In this document: positions 58,983-64,000 of the stretch, piece after piece
Position numbering within the stretch: position 1 is the stretch's first letter
How the letters are laid out: each line of letters begins with the position of its first letter
Source of the DNA: an uncultured Candidatus Saccharibacteria bacterium
GTDB taxonomy: Bacteria > Patescibacteriota > Minisyncoccia > Phycocordibacterales > UBA1006
NCBI GenBank assembly: GCA_964601935.1
Contig: CAZROP010000001.1
Span: 20,127-84,126, forward strand
DNA: 64,000 nt
Direction: 5' to 3'
The notes under the pieces: generated by a model
Seen by the model: the letters and a program-made list of their open reading frames with translations, nothing else
The model's database searches: none
Told to the model about the DNA's origin: nothing
Translations under genes and position numbers: made by a program

Positions 58983-59746
58983 TACAACAGTTTACCAATA
59001 TCTGAAATAGATACAATAACCATCAATAATATTAGTGCAGCGAAACCTGTCATGTTTATAATACCCTGAACTCGTGACGGAATAGGCCGCCCAATGACAC
59101 GCTCTACCAATACAACGATAATCTGTCCGCCATCCAGAGCAGGAAATGGAATGAGGTTCATAATACCCAAATTGATAGACAATATCGCTGACAAAAATGC
59201 AACCTGCCCAAACCCTGCATGTGCAGCGTTCCCCAGTATGCCTGCGATACCCACTGGCCCTGACACATCACCCAGCCCATTGCCAGAAAATATTCCCGAG
59301 AAAAATTGCCCCAACCCCATCATAACTTCTCCTGTAATATTCATATACAGCGCCCAGCCTGATGCAAAACCTGACCAGCCGAATTTGACCAACGACAGAA
59401 TCACCAGTACCAAAATGGCGAATATAAAATTAAACACCACGCCTGCTGACAGGATACAGAGTTTCTGCCACCACGGCTTTGCAGACATAAACTGATCGCG
59501 AGAAAACTCACGATCATCCTCTATATCATCACCAAATTCACCGAGAAGCGACACATAGCCACCCATGGGGATTGCATTGATTTTGTAGGTGGTTTGTCCA
59601 ATCTTGCGAGACCATAGTGTAGGCTGGAAACCTATCGCGAATGACCGCACTCCGACATTAAAAATCCTTGCTGCAACAAAATGACCCAACTCGTGCACAA
59701 ATACCAGAATACTAATAACTGCAAGAAAGATGAGAGTAGCTATCAT
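58982..59746 (-). CDS. rseP: M50 site-2 intramembrane protease (RseP-like, no PDZ)
   Basis: HELGH, PMGGYV, SGPVGI and NLIPFPALDGG motifs. Confidence 0.9.
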   Translation of the reverse strand: MIATLIFLAVISILVFVHELGHFVAARIFNVGVRSFAIGFQPTLWSRKIGQTTYKINAIPMGGYVSLLGEFGDDIEDDREFSRDQFMSAKPWWQKLCILSAGVVFNFIFAILVLVILSLVKFGWSGFASGWALYMNITGEVMMGLGQFFSGIFSGNGLGDVSGPVGIAGILGNAAHAGFGQVAFLSAILSINLGIMNLIPFPALDGGQIIVVLVERVIGRPIPSRVQGIINMTGFAALILLMVIVSISDIGKLL

Positions 59747-59809
59747 AATTACCAGATTACTATACCACATAGATGCGAATTGAGAAAATATGAGTATACT
59801 GTCCCTATT

Positions 59810-59891
59810 GCCCGGGTGGCGAAATTGGTAGACGCGTACGCTTCAGGTGCGTAAGCCGAAAGGTGTGGAGGTTCGAGTCCTCTCCCGGGCA
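59810..59891 (+). tRNA. tRNA-Leu(CAG), CCA not encoded
   Basis: GCCCGGG/CCCGGGC acceptor stem; TACGC-TTCAGGT-GCGTA anticodon arm; variable arm. Confidence 0.95.
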
Positions 59892-60062
59892 CAAAACAAC
59901 GAAAAAACACACTGTGTTTTTGACTATGTTTTTGCCCATAGGGAGAGGTCGAGAACAGTACCGACGGGGACCCTCTGGGGAGTTCGGTACGTCAGGGGTC
60001 GCGAAACAATAATTATGAGAGCGTTAAGCGAAGAATAATTATATGTTTTGTGACCGAGTCCT
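59892..60062 (+). repeat. tRNA-linked antisense/hairpin element after tRNA-Leu
   Basis: TGCCC-ATA-GGGAGAGG..GAAC antisense to the tRNA 3' end; core arms at 59993-60008 and 60043-60057; terminal GAGTCCT. Confidence 0.8.
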
Positions 60063-60084
60063 AAAACCAAATCAGTATCTACCT

Positions 60085-60861
60085 ATGCAGACTCCCTCCA
60101 TAATCATCATCTGCGGACAAACCGCTACAGGCAAATCAGATCTCGCTGTACAGTATGCGCTTGCTCATAATGGCGAGATAGTGTCTGCTGATTCCCGACA
60201 AATATATCGCGGACTGAATGTAGGCTCTAATAAAATAACTCCACCAGAAATGGAAGGTGTGCCTCACCAGGGTATCGACATAGCGGACCCCGAAACACGA
60301 TTTACTGCTGCAGACTTTCAATCGTATGCTCGAAATATAATTACTGATATTTTGTCGCGAGGGAAAACACCTATACTAGTCGGAGGTACGGGGTTTTATA
60401 TTGATGCAACATTATTTGCAGATTTTGATTTTGAAGAAAGAAAGGGTTCGATCAACTATAATTCGGCTTCGTACTTTTTTGATATACCACATCAGTGGAT
60501 AGGACTCTGTGCTTCGCGTGAATATCTCGTAGATCGTATCTGTGCTCGTGCAGAGCGCGCAATGACTGCCGTCACTACAGAAATTCAACAACTACAGAGC
60601 CAGGGTACTGGTCGTGACTGGCTCCATGGTCTCGGCCTAGAATATCGTTACGGAACAGAATTATTAGAAGGTACTATTTCAGAACTAGAATACACAGAAA
60701 CTATAACAACAAAAACCTGGCAGTACGCACGTCGCCAGATGACCTGGTTCAAACGAAACCCTCATATTAATTGGTTTGATATCGCGGAATCTAAACCTAT
60801 TCTGTCAGCGACTGATACACTAACGCAAGCACTCCCTCCCGACTCTCCGCAACAGCCATAA
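60085..60861 (+). CDS. miaA: tRNA dimethylallyltransferase (internally shortened)
   Basis: GQTATGKS, SADSRQIYRGL..GSNK, VGGTGFY and YARRQMTWFK motifs. Confidence 0.93.
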   Translation: MQTPSIIIICGQTATGKSDLAVQYALAHNGEIVSADSRQIYRGLNVGSNKITPPEMEGVPHQGIDIADPETRFTAADFQSYARNIITDILSRGKTPILVGGTGFYIDATLFADFDFEERKGSINYNSASYFFDIPHQWIGLCASREYLVDRICARAERAMTAVTTEIQQLQSQGTGRDWLHGLGLEYRYGTELLEGTISELEYTETITTKTWQYARRQMTWFKRNPHINWFDIAESKPILSATDTLTQALPPDSPQQP

Positions 60862-61723
60862 ATCCTGAACGATGCACCATACGCGCGTCAGAAACACCTA
60901 CCACCTGTTGTAGTTCAGCATCTTTTTTGCCGCGCCAATTGGTTGGAAAATCTTTACGGATTTCAAAGCTCGTGTGTCCGTTTACACGTACACCTTTTGC
61001 GCCCCAAGAACCATCAGAACGCTGATATACAAAATAGATCGGCTCTGGGTATTTTGATAGTACTTCTACCCATGCCGGATATTCAAAATCCGCGACAACG
61101 ATGCGTTTGTCCGCCGCAGAATCATACGCCTCTACCACTTTGCGCTCTGCCTCTATATAATCAGTTGCGTGTAGTATTGCGCGACGCATTGTTTTCTTTG
61201 CGTAATCATACACGTCCCAAAATCCCTGGTTCATAGCCGTTACAGGTTGTAACTGCTCTTCGCGCCATGTAGGCCGAGATAGCCCGACCAGATCACCCAC
61301 GCTCGCCTGCCGTACTCCGCTGACATGAGTAGCCGCCGTCAGCGTGACACCTACATCCAACGCATCAATACCTGCTATCAATGTATCATCAACTATTTGC
61401 CATGCCCGCTGGTTTTCTTCGCACAAGAGCATTCCATAATGACGCCATGCCAAACCTGCCGACGCATACGGAATACCATTATCACGCACCTCTGCAAAAT
61501 CTGACTGATGATGATCCAGTCGATGATGAACAGGATCATATACTCCACCTACGTCTAACACCACCTGGCACTCTGCCAGTTCAGATTCAGTGCGGGTACG
61601 CACCATCGTACAATCATAACCGCGATGCTGCGCCCACAATACCGAAATAGCCAATGCGAACACGTCATCTGTATGATAGGTGCCATTGTGTACCGCTATT
61701 CGAATACTGTCACGCTCTGCCAT
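60797..61723 (-). CDS. MYG1 family exonuclease
   Basis: HNGTYHTDD, DVGG.YD..DHHQ, ASAGL.W and HRSGF motifs. Confidence 0.92.
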   Translation of the reverse strand: MAERDSIRIAVHNGTYHTDDVFALAISVLWAQHRGYDCTMVRTRTESELAECQVVLDVGGVYDPVHHRLDHHQSDFAEVRDNGIPYASAGLAWRHYGMLLCEENQRAWQIVDDTLIAGIDALDVGVTLTAATHVSGVRQASVGDLVGLSRPTWREEQLQPVTAMNQGFWDVYDYAKKTMRRAILHATDYIEAERKVVEAYDSAADKRIVVADFEYPAWVEVLSKYPEPIYFVYQRSDGSWGAKGVRVNGHTSFEIRKDFPTNWRGKKDAELQQVVGVSDARMVHRSGFMAVAESREGVLALVYQSLTE

Positions 61724-61729
61724 ACTTGA

Positions 61730-62077
61730 TTAATCGTCTTTATCGAGAAGCAAAGAAATAATCCAAACACCGAACATAGCGATAATACCTCCTATGATAG
61801 CAGCCTGCACACCCACAACATCGAATCCATTCACCAAATATCCAACAAACCAAAAAAGCGCCGTATTAATAACGAATGAAAACAGCCCCAATGTTACTAA
61901 ATTTATAGGAAGCGTTAGAATCTTTATCACAGGCTTTATCACTGTATTCACAAAGAAAAATACCACACCTGCAATCACTACTGTTGGCCATACTACATCG
62001 ATAGTTACTCCTGGTACAAACCATGTGATGCCGTAAATCAGCAAACAGTATAGCAATAATTTAATAATAGTTGTCAT
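61730..62077 (-). CDS. 4-TMS holin-superfamily membrane protein (YvlD-like)
   Basis: N..IKP..KILTLPINL.TLGLF..VIN motif. Confidence 0.88.
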   Translation of the reverse strand: MTTIIKLLLYCLLIYGITWFVPGVTIDVVWPTVVIAGVVFFFVNTVIKPVIKILTLPINLVTLGLFSFVINTALFWFVGYLVNGFDVVGVQAAIIGGIIAMFGVWIISLLLDKDD

Positions 62078-62091
62078 ACAGTCAGAGTTAA

Positions 62092-62544
62092 TTAGCCCAG
62101 TAATTCATCGACAATCATTTTCACATCAGTACCGTCAGCCTTACCCGCCAAATCCTTCATCAATGCACCGACCAACTTGCCTGCTCCTGATTTGTCAGAT
62201 ACTTCTAGCTCTGTAATTTTTGCCTGAACGATAGGTCGTATTTCATCCAAACTCATGAGAGCTGGTAGAAACTTTTCTATAACCGCTAATTCTGCCTTGC
62301 TCTCTTCGGCTAGGTCGTCGCGACCTCCTTCGATAAACTGCTGGATAGAATCTTTTAGACGCTTTACTTCACGGCGCATGAGTCCTTCTAATTCTGCCTC
62401 GGTTAATTCACCCTGTGGACCACGACCCAGATTCACTAATTCATTCGTACATGCAGCCAATACATTACGAATAGTAGTCAGCGCGACACTATCCTTTGCA
62501 CGCATTGCGTTTTTCATTTCTTCTTTCAATTCTAATTGTGTCAT
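62092..62544 (-). CDS. GatB/YqeY domain protein
   Basis: MK.AMRAKD, GRDDLA..E.AEL and GKADG motifs. Confidence 0.92.
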   Translation of the reverse strand: MTQLELKEEMKNAMRAKDSVALTTIRNVLAACTNELVNLGRGPQGELTEAELEGLMRREVKRLKDSIQQFIEGGRDDLAEESKAELAVIEKFLPALMSLDEIRPIVQAKITELEVSDKSGAGKLVGALMKDLAGKADGTDVKMIVDELLG

Positions 62545-62617
62545 ATATGTAGTATAGATATTAGGTCAATAATAATGAATTATTCCTTTTCACCTATCCA
62601 TGATACCATGGAACAAT

Positions 62618-63388
62618 ATGAAATACACGCTCGCATTTCTCGATACAGAAACAACTGGCAATACCCCACCAGATAGGCTATGTCAATTATGTATGCGCCT
62701 ATGGCGCGACCAAGCACTGGAACGCGAGATCAACGATCTCTACACCCCTACGCATCCTATCAGCATAGGATCCATGGCAATACATCACATCACGCCCAAA
62801 ATGGTTGCAGGCAAACCTGAGTTCCAGCAATCGGAAACATACAGATTCGTAAAATCAACATTGGAAGATCCAAGTACTGTCATGATCGCACATAATGCGC
62901 CGTTCGATCGTACGATGCTCGTACACGAAGGCATCGAACCACCCTGTGTTATAGATACACTGAAACTCATCCGACACAGCGATCCCAATATGGAAATAGA
63001 GCGACATAACCTGCAGTATATTCGCTACTACTGGGAATTGGACGAAAGCCTGCCCGAGGGAACAGTTATCAATCCGCATGATGCCCTATCAGATGTTATT
63101 ATCCTTGAACAAGCATTCTGGCATCTATTCAAACTCGCACAGACAACTGGCAAATTCTCAGACGATGACGCCATAATTGAATACATGATAAAGAGGTCGA
63201 GCGAGCCTGCTCTTATTGGTAAATTCACATTCGGTAAACACGAAGGCAAAACCGTATCAGAGGTAGCACGTGTTGATAAAAATTATCTAGAATGGCTGCT
63301 GCGACAAAAACAGGAACAACAGGAAAAGGGAGAAAACGAAGAAGACTGGATTTATACACTCGAGAAAGCACTTGGTTTGTTAAAGTAA
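62618..63388 (+). CDS. DEDDh 3'-5' exonuclease (ExoX-like) with C-terminal FGKH.G domain
   Basis: LDTETTG, AHNAPFD, HDALSD and FGKHEGK..YLEWL motifs. Confidence 0.88.
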   Translation: MKYTLAFLDTETTGNTPPDRLCQLCMRLWRDQALEREINDLYTPTHPISIGSMAIHHITPKMVAGKPEFQQSETYRFVKSTLEDPSTVMIAHNAPFDRTMLVHEGIEPPCVIDTLKLIRHSDPNMEIERHNLQYIRYYWELDESLPEGTVINPHDALSDVIILEQAFWHLFKLAQTTGKFSDDDAIIEYMIKRSSEPALIGKFTFGKHEGKTVSEVARVDKNYLEWLLRQKQEQQEKGENEEDWIYTLEKALGLLK

Positions 63389-63449
63389 CTTTTCAGGAGA
63401 GGGGGAACCGAAATCCCGGGCTCTGCTCGCTGTGATATACTAAGCCCCT

Positions 63450-64000
63450 ATGTCTACAATCGTTATTATATTGCTCATTATTTGTTTTTTAGTTGTTGCG
63501 ACTTTTTTGTATCTTATTTTTCGCAAGATTTCTCAACCTATGGCAGTGCCTGACAACTCGTCACAGGTAATCCAATCGATGAATGCATCGATGCAAATGC
63601 TGCAGAATAATCTGCACAAAATAGAAGAAGTCGTCCACAATAGATTGCAATCATCCGAAGACCGCCTGAACGAAAACTTCCGCCATCAAACCACTACATT
63701 CCGCGAACAAACACAGTCATCTCTGGCTGCACTGTCACAGATCACCGAACGATTGGGACGCCTGGACGAAACGAACAAGCAGGTCATGTCATTCACCGAC
63801 CAGCTGCGCAGTTTTCAAGATATCTTGAAAAATCCAAAACAGCGCGGGACTATCGTAGGTGAATACTATCTGGAAACAATTCTATCCAAAGTCCTCCCAC
63901 CAGGCACCTACGAAACGCAGTACCGATTCCCCAGCGGGGATATTGTGGATGCGGTTATTTTTGCCAATGGACAAATCATTCCTATAGATAGCAAATTCAG
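63450..64000 (+). CDS. rmuC: DNA recombination protein RmuC (partial, runs off the window)
   Basis: N-terminal TM, coiled coil, KNPKQRG..GEYYLE and VDAVI..IPIDSKF; TATACT 8 nt before ATG. Confidence 0.88.
   Translation, partial: MSTIVIILLIICFLVVATFLYLIFRKISQPMAVPDNSSQVIQSMNASMQMLQNNLHKIEEVVHNRLQSSEDRLNENFRHQTTTFREQTQSSLAALSQITERLGRLDETNKQVMSFTDQLRSFQDILKNPKQRGTIVGEYYLETILSKVLPPGTYETQYRFPSGDIVDAVIFANGQIIPIDSKF

Noticed and set aside
57747-60861. Short UvrC, RseP and MiaA as pseudogenes
   Set aside because: Reading frames and catalytic motifs are intact; streamlined forms fit a reduced genome.
61730-62077. Prophage suggested by the holin-family gene
   Set aside because: This family is common on chromosomes and no phage genes are nearby.
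1-64000. Alternative genetic code (UGA = Gly or Trp)
   Set aside because: Conserved genes are full length in code 11 and several end in TGA; only one in-frame TGA was found.

Overview
Chromosomal segment from a small-genome bacterium, most likely Patescibacteria/CPR (Parcubacteria-like). Supporting signs: Fe-S-less MutY, short UvrC and MiaA, split transketolase, EF-P without the PGKG loop, S19 with a Lys/Ala tail, and near-leaderless genes. TGA is used as stop, so the code is standard. Housekeeping content: a free-standing rpsS-rplE piece of the S10/spc cluster, rpmG, efp, typA, obg, gatB, trpS, miaA, pentose-phosphate/glycolysis genes, repair genes and six tRNAs. Accessory content: an AT-rich island beside tRNA-Ser(GCT) with a Shedu nuclease and a tspO-DUF2177-DUF1295 operon, and large secreted proteins that share exact DNA blocks of 294 and 411 bp. 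The strongest candidate for an undescribed system is a non-coding element downstream of tRNA-Trp, tRNA-Leu and (degenerate) tRNA-Lys. It carries an antisense copy of its own tRNA's 3' end, a shared core hairpin (CAGGGGTCGCGAAACA...ATGTTTTGTGACCGA), and then a sense copy of that tRNA's T-stem. Also noted: several candidate structured RNAs, a REP-like palindrome inserted in frame in mutY, and an in-frame TGA at a conserved Trp of tspO. No rRNA, CRISPR array, integrase, transposase or reverse transcriptase was seen. All family calls and RNA pairings were made by eye, without database searches.
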